Positions 1-13,625 of a stretch of 64,000 bases of DNA are shown piece after piece (the first letter of the stretch is position 1; every line of letters begins with the position of its first letter). Position numbers and translations under genes: made by a program. The stretch spans positions 93,445,366 through 93,509,365 of the forward strand of contig JAUZTB010000002.1 in NCBI GenBank assembly GCA_034780895.1, in the 5' to 3' direction. Source of the stretch: Rhynchobatus australiae. Lineage: Eukaryota. The notes below the pieces were generated by a model. That model did no database searches and had not been told where the DNA came from. It saw only the letters and a list, made by a program, of their open reading frames with translations.

Positions 1-98
1 AAGGTTTCAGTGGAACGTGGGTGAGTTGTAGCTTTCCCATTGTGTGGCTCATGGTAAACTCTGTATTGCAGTTGCTGCCCAATAGAAGAACCAACATG

Positions 99-226
99 TA
101 GACACAAGACACTGCAGATGCTAGAATCTGGAACAATCAGAAATTCAGCAGGTCAGGCAGCATCTTGGGGTGGGGGAGGGGGTACAGGAATTGTCAATGT
201 TTCAGGTCGAAACCCTAAATCAGGAC
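99..226 (-). mobile_element. Short Penelope terminal-repeat (pLTR)-derived fragment
   Basis: Contains ctgcagatgctagaatct...cagcaggtcaggcagcatc and gtcaatgtttcaggtcgaaaccct, matching the terminal repeat of the Penelope element at 15680-17402. Confidence 0.65.
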
Positions 227-789
227 ACAAGAAACAACATAATGTCCAGCTTTATTTGCAGCAGTTTAAAACCTCTCAAGTCCACCGTGGTTTCCATCCT
301 CAATTCAAAAATAGTTAAGCCCTTATACAAATTAAGCTGTGTCTATCGCCGTTAACTTACAAAATGTTTACATTGTTAAACAGGGTAAAAGTATATGTTT
401 TAAACAGATTAATCAACTAACCAGTGAGGATTTGTTTAGCAATGGACAGTCCCAAGCACAACTTTTCCAAACCAACAGGTGCACAAAGGAAGACACAGAA
501 GTATAATCAACTTCAATGGCAAGATTGGTAGAACGTGCAGACTGCAATGTGCACACAATTATTGTCAAGGACTAACAAGTATATCTCTACAATACCCTCA
601 GTGGATTATGTAATAAACCAACTCAATACTGACTGAAACGGACTGAACCTTAAAAACTAATGATTGAGCATTAGATCTCAGAAAGATTGTCTGTCAGTTA
701 ACACAATGCTCACTGACAATCATATCTAATATAGTAATTCTCTTAAGGTCCACGTAAAAAGGTTCTTTTTGGATTTTTTTTTTATCAGA

Positions 790-862
790 TAGGACTCAGC
801 AGGTCAAGCAGCATCTGTGGAAACATCTGTGGTCAACATTTCAGTCAAGACCCTGCATCAGA
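790..862 (-). mobile_element. Short pLTR-derived fragment with degenerate hammerhead motif
   Basis: Minus strand reads tCTGATGCagggtcttgactGAAAtgttgac...gatgctgcttgacctgctgagt. Confidence 0.65.
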
Positions 863-899
863 ATCCTTTGTCTCATCAGACAGCAGATCATCTGAGTTT

Positions 900-3040
900 T
901 ACTGAACCTCTTCCAATGCATTAAAATCCTTTACATTGTACTCCTGACGTGATCCCACCCAACGTCCCGTATAAATGAAGCATAACCTCCCTATTTTGTG
1001 TTCAATTCCCATCATGATAAACATAACATATTGCTAGCTGTCCTAAATAATTACAGCCTTTAACACATCAGGCACTTGGAGACCCAGATCCCTCTGCATC
1101 TCGGAGCTCTGCAATCTCTCAACATTTATATAATATGCTCTTTTTTTTAAACTTTTCCTGCCAAAATGGACAATTTCACATTTTCTTCCTATTTGTCAGA
1201 TCTTTTGGCATTCACTTATCTACATACAAGAGGACAAAAGGAGGCTACATACCCTTTGTAGTCTCTTTTTATCCTCTTCACAATTTACTTTTCTACCTGC
1301 CTTTGTCTCAGCAGTAAAATTTACCTTCAGCACTGTTGTCCAAATTATTTACATAAATTATGAAAAGTTGAAACCCCAACACTGAATTGTGCGACACACC
1401 ATTCATTACATCCTGACCAACACCAAAAGACCCATTTATGCCTATCCATGTCAGAATGTTACCTCCGATACCATGAGCACTGACAACCTTTGACATGGCA
1501 CCTTATCAAATGCCTTCTGCACATTCAAATACAGTACATCCATCAGTTTTCCTTTATCTGATAGCATGACACTTCTTCAAAGAATTCCAATAATTTATCA
1601 AAAACAATTTCCTTTTCATTGACTTTGTCAGATTATCTTTTTAAAAATAGCTTCCAACTTTTCCCCTCTGCCAGATATTAAATTAACTGATCCGTAGCTT
1701 CTGGCTTTCCTTCCTTTTTCTGAACAGAGGAGTTATGTTTGCTATTTTACAAACCAGGGGAGCTTTGGAAAATTAATACTAAAGCATAACCATCTCTCTA
1801 GCCACTTCTTTAAAGCCGCGAGGATGAAGGCCAATAAGACCAGAGATTTGTCAGTCTGCAGTTGCAACAACTTGCCCAGCACCTCCCTGGTGATTGGAAT
1901 TTTCCTGAGTTCCTTCTTCCCTCAAATCCACATCAATTGCTGGAATATCTACCATAAACACCTGTTTAATTCATTTGCCATGTTTTCAATTATTAATTCC
2001 CCAGACTTGCTTTCTATCGGATCAATGTTCATTTTGTTAGTTCCTTCCATTTTTTAAATATCTGTAGAAATATCAACTGTGTTTACATTTCTGGCTAGCT
2101 TTATCTCATAGCCTTCCTTCCTTAGTAATCTAATAGTCATTCATTGCTGTTTTACATATTCTATCCAATCTTCTGACCTATCACCCATCTTTGAGCAATT
2201 ATATGCTTTTTCTCTGTTTGATACTGTCTTTAATTCTATTAGTTAACAACAGATGGTGGGTCCTTCCCTTGAAATGCAGCTATTCTGTGCATTCTGAATG
2301 ACTGACACTGCTCCTTGACTAACCAAGCCCTTAACCTAATTTGCCAGTTCATTTCAGATAGCCTTGCTTTTAAGCTCTCATAATTGCTCTTGTTTGAGTT
2401 TGAAAGACTAGTCTCTTCCCATTCTTCTCTTCCTCCAACTAAATTTAAAATTCAAACATATTATGGTTGTTGCTCCCTCAGGGCAACTTCACTATGAGAT
2501 TGTTAATTAATTCTACCCCACTGCACTATGCCAGATCCAGTACAGTCTGATCTCTGGTTGACTCCAGAATGTGACAATTCTTGGAAACCATCCAAAAAAA
2601 ACCAACTCCTCATGGCTTCCTTTGGCCATCTGAATTTTCTAAAGGATGCGTAGATCAAAATCTCCCATGACCATCACCAAACCTTTCTGATAAGGGACTT
2701 CCATTCCTTTATATTGTGTTCAAACCCGTGATTAAAGTTAGAGGTCCTAAATACCACGCCCACAAGTGACTTCTTGTTATTATCTTCATCCAAAGCAGAT
2801 CTAAATCCTAGTTTCTTATAGGTAGGTCATTCGTTTCTATTGCTCTAGGATCATCATTAATTAACAGAGCCATTCCTCCACCCTTTCCTAGCATCCTGTC
2901 CTTCCCAAATGTTACATAGCGTGCAACACTCAGGTCTCAATCTATGTCACCCCAGTCATATCTCAGAAATATAAATTAGATCATACCTATTTCTATTTTT
3001 ACTCAGATCATTTTTTTTTATATGCTACATACTGAGCCTT
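900..3040 (-). mobile_element. Old, internally deleted CR1 LINE (endonuclease to RT)
   Basis: ORF 1308-1496 has GVSHNSVLGFQLFIIYVNNLD (RT motif GVPQGSVLGP.LF.IYINDLD); minus strand near 2861-2918 reads YVTFGKDRMLGKGGGMALL (APE motif). Confidence 0.85.
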
Positions 3041-3049
3041 TAGTTCTTC

Positions 3050-3215
3050 CTGACTGCTGGGTCAAAATCCCAGTATTCCCTATCCAAGAATACATTGGGC
3101 ATATCTACTTCAGAAGGACTGCAGTGGTTCAAGGCAGGTCATCAGCACTCTCTCAGGTAATTAGGAAAGGACAGTAAATGCTGGATTGCCAGCAGTGCAT
3201 AGATCCCAAACATTA
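3050..3215 (+). mobile_element. 3' end of a second L2/CR1-group LINE family
   Basis: gctgggtcaaaatcc...ggactgcagtggttcaag...gtaaatgctggattgccagc tail; related sequence at 19260-19490, 26890 and 39080-39240. Confidence 0.6.
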
Positions 3216-3619
3216 ATAAACAGAAGAAAATAAATGCTGAGTAAGCATTCGAAAGGCAACACTTAAAGTGTATATACCAAAAATGGTGAAAGTGGAACAA
3301 GGAATGAACAAGATGAGTTTTTAGGAGAGAGCCGGAGGGTTGATTCACTGGCCTGATAATTATGGTAGAGTGAAGGATATGCATACAGATTGTTGTGATC
3401 CACACCACCTCATTAATCTTAGAGGGAACTGAAGTTAAAGACAATAGTCCTTCCCTTTAGCAACAAAGATTGGTAAGTAAAGGGGTGATTGAAATGCAAG
3501 CATTAGTGTGGGTCTGGAAGAATTTAATGGCATTCTGTACAATATAGTTAACGATAACAGAAAGCCAGGAAAAATGCACCATACTTGTGGAGTGATGAAA
3601 CTACATTAGGTTTCAAATG

Positions 3620-4005
3620 ATATGGCCAGGCTGGGTCCTTATTCCTTGGAATGTAGGAAAATGAGGGGCGACCTTACAGAAGTGTTTAAAAGATATGGCA
3701 TAGATAAGATGGATGGTAACAGTCTTTTCTCCAGGGTAGGGGAGTCCAAAACTAGGGGGCATAGGTTTAGGATGAGAGGGGAAAGATTTAAAAGGGACTA
3801 GGGGGGCAACTTTTCCACACAGAGGGTGGTGAGTATATGGAATGAGCTGCCAGAGGAAGTGGTTGAGGCATTTAAGAAGCACTTGGATAGTGCATGGAGG
3901 GAAATGGGCCGAACTCACGAAATTGGAATTAGCTAGGTGGACATGGTCGGCATGGACTTTTTGGGCTGAAGGGTATGTATCCATGCTGTATTGCTCTATG
4001 ACTAT
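3620..4005 (+). mobile_element. CR1 (HER1-type) 3' fragment
   Basis: ORF2 C-terminal remnant (SKTRGHRFRMRGERF; FSTQRVVSIWNELPEEV) followed by 3' UTR gggctgaaggg...tccatgctgta and ctat-type tail. Confidence 0.9.
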
Positions 4006-5579
4006 TGACAGAGCGCCCAGGGACAAAGACAGGCAAGATTACAGAAACAAAATAAAATAGCCCTTGGTTATGGACCAAAATGCAGGAGGAAATTGAGCTC
4101 AAGCTGGCTTAATGCATCATGAATATATAGACCTGGCGAGGGATATCTTGGGAGCAAGTAAAATGATTATATTTGATGACAGTCCATGAACATATATCAC
4201 TATTTGAATCTGTCTATATTGTATGATAGATCAGATTAGCAAACTTCAGATGCAAGAGCACAGATGACCATCATGCTGAGAGATCTGTAAATCAATTAGA
4301 AATCTTAACGAAAGAAATACTCCTTAACTTGGGCACAAGTTGTGTACCAGACTGATCCCTACCTGCAAACTCAAATAGTTTCATTCAGAACAAAAATAAA
4401 ATCGAAAAGTTTCAAAATATTGTGTGCCCTATACAATAGAGTGATTCACAAGCTCAGAGTCACAGGATGTGTGTTTTAAACTAAACTGCTGCTGAGAGGA
4501 TTTTTTTTGTCTGCAGGAATGATTTGTATTGTTACAAGCACCGGCTTATTTTGTCCTCTGTATCACAGTCTGGTGGCATCTTAGTTAGTTGAATAATTAA
4601 GATACAGCCAGACTGCTGCACCAACATTAGGCGCAGAGAGTAATACTACTCCATTTCCAATTCACTATAATCCTCGGTTTGATAACAACCAGAAAGACAA
4701 GAGCTGTGGAAAAAAAGTGTCTTAAAAAACTCTGGAATAATTAACATATTGATAAACTAAGCAATGTAAAAGATTGTAAATGTTTGGGAAGGATTACACT
4801 TTGCTTGCTTAACATCAAGAGAATTTCACTTCTCTTTTACAAGCTTTTCACTGTACCTCAGTATAAGTGACAATAAANNNNNNNNNNNNNNNNNNNNNNN
4901 NNNNNNNNNNNNNNNNNNNNNNNNNNNNNNNNNNNNNNNNNNNNNNNNNNNNNNNNNNNNNNNNNNNNNNNNNNNNNACAATAAACAAGCAATACCAATA
5001 CCAGAGAAAAAATTAACACAAAATCATGGGAATGAAAAGAGAACAGATTTCAGAGAGGAGGGGGCAAAAGCATGAGGACAAATAGAAGGGATATTTAGAC
5101 TTATGGGTGAAAATGTAGAGAAAGTTCCAGAGGGCAGACGTGAAGTGGCCATCAATTTAAAGGTAGGAAAAAAACGAGAAAGCAATTCAAAGGCGTCGAG
5201 GCTGTGTAAAAGGACCCATGTCTAAAGGAGACCAGAAAGTAAAGTGGGCTGAGCCACTGCAGCATTGCAGCAGTTAACCTCAGTCAACAATCTGTAAATC
5301 ATTTCATAGCTAGCTGGTAAAGCCCGGCAGGAACAGGGATGACTGAATAGACGTGATACAAGTAGAGGCATGAATTGCACATTTCTGAGTTTATGCAGGT
5401 AGGGAGAAAAGAACAGGATTGGGGTCATTGCCTTCCAATGTCATGCAAGGAAGTTTGTCACTCAGTGCAGGAAGTTTGCCTGATGACCAAAGCATCTCAA
5501 GCTCAAGGCCATATTCACAATTCAGACCTAAATTAAGCCACCAAATTGCTTCATACACAAGATGGGTTTACTTTACTCA

Positions 5580-7215
5580 TGGTACAGGAAAAGAGCCACA
5601 GGAAACGGGTGAAGTCTGAAATGAATACATTTCTTCTGTATTTACCTCCATGCAGAAGGTCTTGGAAACTAGGAAAGAGAATAGTGCTGTCTTGAACCAT
5701 ATCCACAGTACATAAGAGGAGCATATAAAGGTGGATAAATCCCCAGGGCCTGGCCTAGTGTATCTTAGGACACTGCGAAGCCAGGGAAGAAATTGCTGGG
5801 ACCCTGGCAGATATATTTGTATCATTGTTAGCCACATGTAGGAACTGGAAGACTGGAGGGAGGCTAATGTTGTGCCTTTAATTTAAGAAGAGCTGCAAGG
5901 ACAAGCCAGGGAACTACAGGCTGGTGATCAGTGGTGGGAAAGATACTGAAGGGGATTCTGAGAGCCATGATCTACCTGCATTTGAAAAGGTAAGGACCGA
6001 TTAGGGAGAGTTAGCATGGCATTGTGCGCAGGAAATAGTGTCTCATAAATTTGATTGAGTTTTGTTTTGGAAGACGTGTCCTAGAGGATTGACAAGGGCA
6101 GGGTGATAGACATTGTATATATGAACTTTAGCAAGGTCCCACATAGTAGGCCGGTCTGGAAGGTTAGATCACATGGCATCCAGGGTGAGCTAGTCAACTG
6201 GATTCAAAATTAGTTTGGCAGTAGGTGTCAGACGATGGTAGTGGAGGGTTGTTATTCAGACTGGAGGCCTGTTACCAGTGGTGTGCCCCAGGGATTTGTA
6301 CTGGATATCCTGCTGTTTGTCATCTATATTATTGATTTGGATGACAATGTAGGTGATGTGGTTACTAAGTTTGCGGATGACAGTAAAATCAGTGGTATAG
6401 CAGAGAGTGAAGGTATTTCAGTTTAAAGCAGGATCTAGATCAACTGGGAAAGTGGACAAAGTGTTGTATTTTGGGAAAATAAACCCGAGCAGGACTACAC
6501 AGCAAATGGCACGGCCTGGAGAATGCTATAGAACAGAGAGACCTAGGGATACAAATCCATAGTTCCCTGAATGTAGTAGCACAGGAGAACAGGATGGTGA
6601 AGAAGGCATTTGGCATGCTTGCCTTCATCAGTCAGGGCAAGGGTTAGAATTTCACATTACAACTGTATAAGCTGTTGATGAGACTGCATTTGGAGTATTA
6701 TGAATAGTTCTGATCACATTAATATAGAAAGGATGCCATTAAGCTAGAAAGGGTAAAGAAAAGTTACGAGGGCTTAAGTTATAAGGAGAGACTGGATAGG
6801 CTGGGGCAGTTTTCCCTGGAGCATAGGAGGCCGAGCGATGATCTTAAAAGGCATATTAAACTTTGAGGGGCATAGATAAAATGAATGGTCAGGTTCCTTT
6901 CCCCAGGGTAGGTGAGTCCAAAGCTCGACAGCATGTACTTAAGGTGAGAGGGGCAAGATTTAAAAGGGACCCCGAGGGGCAAGTTTTTCCACACAGAGGG
7001 CGGTGGGTATATGGAACAAGCTGCCAGAGGAAGTGGTAGAGGCAGGTATGATTACAATATTTATAAGACATTTAGAAAAGTAAATGTATAGGAATGGTTT
7101 AGACATATATGGATCAAACAGAGGCAAGTGGGACTAGCTCAGATAGACAACTCTGTTAGCATGTATGAGTTGGGCCGGAGGGTCTGTTTCCATGCTGTAC
7201 AACCCTATAACTCTA
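5580..7215 (+). mobile_element. CR1 LINE, 5'-truncated, ORF2 disrupted
   Basis: ORF 6235-6426 WRPVTSGVPQGFVLDILLFVIYIIDLDD...KFADDSKI; 3' UTR and tail end near 7215. Confidence 0.95.
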
Positions 7216-7769
7216 CCACCACATTCCCATTCTGAAATCTTTAAATTGTAAATAATTAATCTGTATATAAAACTGTATCGCTTAGCAACACTCATCTGAT
7301 TTGGAAAAAATCAGGGCTTCAAGAATCATGTCAGAAACTGACTGCATAAGCTATGTTGCTCTTTCAGCCATGTCAACATGCAGATAAGCCTTTAAACCTT
7401 GGATCAGTGAGCATTAACACTTCAATATGAAAATCCCAACTGGCACACTTGGAAACTCTGAGTCCCAGCAAATTAATGAAAATTACTGGAGCTTTGTGAT
7501 GAACAAAAAAGCCTGCCCACCCCACAGCAGCACCTGTCACCAATTGGGATCCATTGCTTGATGTGCACGTCTTCCCTGTTGGCAGCCATTTCTTTATAAA
7601 ACGGGGCTGGTCACAGAAGCTGTTGAGTGGAAAGCGCCAAGAAACAAAACAACTGTATGAAAACTATAGTCAAATCAAATAGTTCTGAATAGCAGTTATT
7701 CAAATTTTAAGTTTGACAAGGCAAATCCAAAGGTTTAAACTTGTGAAACAATTCCTACACTTACATATT

Positions 7770-8020
7770 ATAACACAGGAGGCCTTTATGGCTCAACAAT
7801 CTATGCCAGTTTCCAGAAGAGCAATCCCATCAGTCCCATTCCCTGCACCCCTACAACCTGTTCTCTCTTGCATGCTCTAACTTCCCTTTGATTCTTTTAC
7901 CATTACCCTACAATAAGGCATATTCTACAGTAGAAAATTAACCAAACAGCACATCTTTGGGATGTGGGAACAAACTGGAGCACCTGGGGGAAAACACACA
8001 GCCACAGGGAGAAGGTATAA
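7770..8020 (-). mobile_element. HE1-like V-SINE lacking its head
   Basis: catctttgggatgtgggaacaaactggagcacctgggggaaaacacacagccacagggagaa is the reverse complement of the V-domain; CR1-like tail at left. Confidence 0.75.
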
Positions 8021-8029
8021 AGTAGACAA

Positions 8030-9282
8030 GCTGAATGGACAAGGACTGAGAGGACAGAAATTGGAACTGAGGGCATAAACATGTTAAGGCATTTTGAGGT
8101 CAAGGAGGAGGTAGTGTTAGGTCTCCTAAACAGTACTAAGGTGAATAAGTCCCCAAGGCCCAATGGGATATACCCCAGGTTACTGAGGGAGGCGAGAGAG
8201 GAAATTTGCTGGGTCCTTGACCAATAGCTTTATGTCCTCTTTGACCACGGGTGACATCCCAGAGGACTGGCAAGTGGCTGATGTTGTTCTTCTATATAAG
8301 AAGGGAACAAGGGAAAATCCGGGGGACTATAGACCAGTGAGTCTCATGTCAGTTGTAGGGAAATTGCTGGAGAAAATTCTTAGACATAGGACATACAAGC
8401 ACCTGGAATCTAATGGCTTGATTAGGGAAAGCCAGCATGGCTTTGTGCAGGCAAAGACATGTCTTACTAACTTGGTTGAGTTTATTGACAAGGTGACAAG
8501 AGAGATCGATGAAGGTAGAGCTGTGGATGTCATCCATATGGACTTCAGTAAGGCATTTGACAAGATCTCACATAATAGGTTAATCAAGAAAGTTTGGATA
8601 CATGGGGTCAGTGGAGAATTGGCTGTGTGGATCCAGAACTGGCTTGCCCATAGAAGACAAGAGGGTGGCAGTTGGACTTATTCAGGCTGGAGGCAGGGGT
8701 GTTCCACGGGGATCTGTACTGGGACCTCTGCTATTTGTGATGTACATAAATGACCTGGATGATTATGTTGATGGGTGGGTTAGTAAGTTTGCAGATGATA
8801 CTAAGATTGGTGGAGTTGTGAATAGTGCAGAAGACTGGCGACGGATACAGCGTAACATAGGTCAGTTGCAGATGTGGGTGGAAAAAACTGGCAGATGGAG
8901 TTTAACCCAGATAAATGTGAGGTATTGCACCTTGGTAGGACTAATGTCAAGAGGCAGTACACTCTTAAGGGCAAGACACAACAGTGTTGAAGAGCAGAGA
9001 GACCTTGAGGCGCAAGTCCATGGCTCATTGAAAGTGGCTACACAAGTAGATATGGTGGTTATGAAGGCTTATAGAATGCTTGCTTTCATTAATCGAGGTA
9101 TTGAGTATGGGCGTCAAGTTATGATGCATCTCTATAGAACTCTGGTTAGGTCGCATTTAGAGTATTGCATGCAATTCTGGTCACCTCACAACAGAAAGGA
9201 TGTTGAGGCTTTAGAGAGGGTGCAGAAAAGGTTTACTAGGATGCTGCCTGGATTAGAGGGCATGTGCTATCAGGAGAGGCTC
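8030..9282 (+). mobile_element. CR1 LINE ORF2 fragment (RT domain, frameshifted)
   Basis: ORFs 8217-8753 (PEDWQVADV..LYKKG..PGDYRPVSL..SQHGF..MDFSKAFD) and 8602-9330 (GVPRGSVLGPLLF..SKFADDTKIG..LEYCMQFWSP). Confidence 0.95.
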
Positions 9283-10189
9283 AGGAGGGGTCAAACATGG
9301 AAAAGTCATGAACTCAACAGAGCAACCTAGTGTAATTAGGGTGTTAATATGTTGAGGTTATTAACCTGAGAGAGAGATAATCCCACTCCCAGGAACATAC
9401 AGGAGAGCAAGGATCACAGCTGCCCAGTGGACCATGAGGTCTGTACCAACTTTCAGGTGTGATCTTTAAACACTTTTCAAAATTATAAAGGCCTTTGATA
9501 CAGTAAATAAAGAGAAACTGTCTCCAATGCAGAATGGCTAATCACCACATTGCACATTTATGACAACCAACAAAGACAAAACTGCAAATTGATATTAAGA
9601 CTGAATGTCTGAAAAGATGATGGAATCAAGTTCAACTATCACTGTTTGGGGGCTACATTAAAGGAATGAAAGAACATGAAAAAATGGGGAAAGAACAGGG
9701 TGTGAGACTACTTCAATAGCTCCATAGAAGAGCTGGCGGAGTCTGGTTCTGGTTTGCCTTCTTTCTATAATTCTAAAACCCAGCACTTCATTGCCTGTAA
9801 AACACTTTAGAGTACCTGACAGATGTAAACAATTGGCTGGCAAGCACAAACAAATTGGGCAGAATGGCCCATTCTCCATGTTGTAATTTCCACTCCTCCT
9901 TTCTAAAAGAGAATTCTGCAGTTACCACCAAACTGAATGATTCAATCAAAACCATTCATACTAAGTGAAGGACCATGGATCTAACCTCTCAATTCTTCAC
10001 TTCTAAAGAAACTGAATTATTTTTGGATGGAAAGCTTCAATTATCTTTTATTTTCACAGATGATTTATATCATTTATAACCAATGGACTTAATCTTACAT
10101 AGCTACAAATCTTTGACTTTTACAAGTTGACTGCGACATTTTCTAACAGCTCTTGCTACAGTAAGGATAATCCATCCCTGCTAATGGTT

Positions 10190-10545
10190 GCAACCTGGGT
10201 AACTGCTGGGCAATGACCATCTCCAACAAAGAGAATCTGACCAACTACACCCGACAGTCAAGTCCTCTACTGTCAAGAATAAGGGAAGGGGAGGGTTCTG
10301 TAGTCATCATTAACCTGAAACTTAGCTGGCTAAAAGAGCGAGACAGAAGTGAGGGATCGTGCAACATGACTCACTTCCCAATTCCAGTAAGAATTTCCAA
10401 CATTTACAAGGCATAAAGGGAATGCAATGGAATCCAGATGTTTAATTGGATACGTGCCGCTCCAATTACATTCTAGAAGCATGAAACCACCTGAAGCAAA
10501 GTAGCCATTTGATTAGCACTCCATCAACCGAAGTTCACTGCTAGT
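10190..10545 (+). mobile_element. Degenerate L2/CR1-group LINE ORF2 fragment
   Basis: ggcaatgaccatctccaacaaagagaatct...catttacaaggcataa...tggaatcc; same family as 26890-28480 and 38480-39240. Confidence 0.55.
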
Positions 10546-11796
10546 CTCAGTCCTGAATTAAAATTAAGTCCTCATCATCCAACACTTCTGTTGTTGATGG
10601 TTTTGTCCCAAGATCTATTAAATTTAGAACTTTGGTCCTTGCAACAGATCAACTCTGCAACCAACCTCCTCAGTCTGACATCCCTTCATGCAACTATCAA
10701 TAAATATTTATCTACCAATAATTTGTATCAACGTCTGGCTTTAAAGGCTTTCTTGCTCCCACAGATTCTGCACAAACATCATAGTGCTGGGAGGACAGAG
10801 AAAAAGACACATTCTGTATTAAATCAGCGTATTTTTAATTTTATTTAAAACTAGTCCATGGGAAGCCCTCGCTGATAATGGTCAAATCCAATTTGTCTTG
10901 GGTTGAAAAACTAGATACTCAAATTAGCACGAACACCATGAAAAAATCTGCAAAGGTGGCTAATTCTGATAATATTAACAAGAATACCCTGCAGCAGAGA
11001 GACAGCTGGTCCACCTGGAGAAATGGGATTCAAAGATGCTTGACATTTGTAGTCAATGGCATTTGTCAGGAGGAATAGTTGTGGTGTACTAGTGCTGGTG
11101 CAAGATGACAGATGGTAACTGCCAAAGAACATTCTGCAAATTATCACAAAAAGCCTCCAGCAAACAGCAGTATTTTTCAAAATAAAATGTTTGGCATGCA
11201 CACGATTAAAGTACCACATCCCAGAGCCTTGTACTGACCAGTATGATTCGTATATTCAGAAGACAAAGGCACCTTTGCTCAAGAGCAAAAGTAATGGACA
11301 TGAAACAGTAGGTCCTGCATACTTGGCAACCTAACTGGCAGTTGCACACAAGAACATAACATGCATTTCTTTCTCTGCTAACTCACTGTCCATCCAATAC
11401 CAAACTGAATTCAAATCTTAGTCAATTATAATCAAGCATTGTCAGATTTAATAGAAGTCATTTAAACAAACCGTATTGGTCAAAAAGCCAGAAATGCAGA
11501 GAAAGAAAAAGATCAACTAATTATTTAAGTGGTGAGCATTCTTTGGGGCTTTAAGCAACATATGCCAGTCAATTGAACAAAATTTCTTTAGGATGGGGTG
11601 GGAGATTAGAACAGTGGAGGGGGAAGAGAACTATAGTTAAAAGTATTCAGATTTGCAAAATGCGTCAAGCACATCTTTGCTGGCTTGATGGAGCATTAAA
11701 CTCATTATCTATAATTGTTTGCAGTTAATGATTTTATTGTCCCTCAAAGACAGAAGAGATGAAAAGCTGTTTAATGATTTTTAAAAAATCGAATGT

Positions 11797-11892
11797 TTAT
11801 TTCCCTCCACAGATGCTGCCTGACCTGCTGAGTTCCTCCAGCACTTTGTGTGTTGCTCCAGACTCCTGCATCTGCGGAATCTCGTGTCTCCA
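11797..11892 (+). mobile_element. Short pLTR-derived fragment
   Basis: tccacagatgctgcctgacctgctgagttcctccagca...gcatctgcggaatctcgtgtctcc. Confidence 0.75.
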
Positions 11893-12302
11893 CAATGATA
11901 AGTAAAGATAAATCTCTTTTCAGGAAGTGAAGAGCCTTGAGGAGAACAAATAGAATATTGTTGAGCTACTTCATTCTGTGAGTGTTCATACCATGGAGCT
12001 GGAGTTCAAAGCAGTAAAGCAGAACACGTCCTAGAGGTTTGTTCTGAAGCTGTAACACTGGGTCAGATGAAGGGACAGGACTGAGCTACAACACAGAGTA
12101 AACTATAACATTGTAACAAAATTACAGGCTATATGATGCACATAACAAAGGACAACAGCAAGAGCTCGCTAGAGGCATCTTCATCAGACTGTAGAAAGAG
12201 CATAAGAGGAGGTATAATCTGAGGGACTTGACAGAGATCAACAAGGTCAGTCAGAGGGACAGGACCAAACTACAACAATGGATCAGAATTATCTCTGAAT
12301 TA

Positions 12303-12679
12303 CAGGCCGTCTCCAGGTTCGACAGGGTTCCATTCTTGAGAACTGATTGCAAATCGGAAAATAAAAACAGTGAGTGGGAGAGGATCACAGAAACAGGTGT
12401 GAAAGAGCAAACAGGTGGGGGAAGAGTGGCCGCCAGCCAGCCTCACTGACTGTGGGCGAGTCTGCTCAGCAATACCAGCTCTGCTTGGCTTGCTCTAGCT
12501 TCCAGTTGTTGTGGCTCTGGGGTGCGGGGGGCGGGGGCAGGGGTAACATGGAAATTTCCCATTCTCATCTGACAGTGGATGCCTGCAGAAGCCAGCAGAG
12601 CCATCCCGATTTCCAAAACTATTGTTTGTATGTATGATCTGTCAATAAATCAGATGATTCATAACCTGGCAAGAACCTG
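12303..12679. mobile_element. Tc1/mariner (Tigger-like) non-autonomous DNA transposon (MITE)
   Basis: TA on both flanks; imperfect TIRs CAGGccgtctCCAGGTT (left) and CAGGttcttgCCAGGTT (right, reverse complement). Confidence 0.5.
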
Positions 12680-12964
12680 TATAAAGTTTTTTTTACTCTG
12701 GGTCACTCCCAGGGAAGGGACTGAGCTGTAGCAATGGATCAGGTGGGATGACAGGATCCATTTGCAACACTGGGTCAGTTAAAAAAAACTAACCATAACA
12801 ATGAGTCAGTCAGAGGTGGGATTCTAGGTCACCTCTGGCTATTTGACTGAGATAACATTCTAGCGTTAGCCTGCAGTTGATAGATTCTTTTCCCATTTTC
12901 TAAAAATGGGAAAAGCCCATATTTTGGAAAAGGAAGGAAACCCTTGCTTTGTTGCCTTCAGAAG

Positions 12965-13175
12965 ATCCAGTGCAACTCAGGAATTGCTGCACCATTGAAA
13001 AAGCTGCTAGTTACCCTCAAAAGGTGAACATTGATGTTCTCATGATGTTAATCAAACAAGTAATAGATAATTCTCTTAATACCCTTACCTAACATTACCC
13101 TTTAAACAACATCGAGTCACACCTCATTACTGCTCGTGGAACCTTGCTGCGGACAAATTGACTGCTGCTTGTTCA
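12965..13175 (+). mobile_element. Deu-domain SINE remnant (SacSINE1/AmnSINE1-like)
   Basis: cctcattactgctcgtggaaccttgctgcggacaaattgactgctg resembles the Deu domain. Confidence 0.55.
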
Positions 13176-13625
13176 TGATATGAAACAAAAATGGAAATTG
13201 CAAAGGAAAGTACATGTTAAATAGTGTCAACTACACACTTGTTTAATTATTACATATTGAAACAAATATGGATTTGGTTAAGTATTCCCTAAAAATGAAC
13301 TGAATGATATAGGATTTGAGGCCATGTCAATAAGACAACGAAGCAAGTCCTGTACAAGAATTTAACAGAGGAAGCCAGGCTATTTCTCGATTTCATTTTT
13401 ATTTTCTTTACGCTGAGTCATTGATACAAACCCAGCGTTTTTTTAAATGCAGGATAAAAATATTTAACATCCAACATTTGTAGTTTATTTATGCCCCTAG
13501 CTAGATCTTAACTATGAAAGGCTCATAGAAAAATGAAAGACTTCCACACAGACTAAAAAAATCCAAATAATTTATTTCTGGTGTCATATCTATAAATGAC
13601 ATGCAAGAATAAGAATGGAAAAACA

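Noticed and set aside
4517-4583. Plus-strand exon candidate (ttttttttgtctgcag|...TTA|gttagt)
   Set aside because: Isolated; no compatible partner exons found on the plus strand
8217-9330. Reverse-transcriptase ORFs as a domesticated gene or active element
   Set aside because: Frameshifted, truncated at both ends, ordinary CR1 motifs
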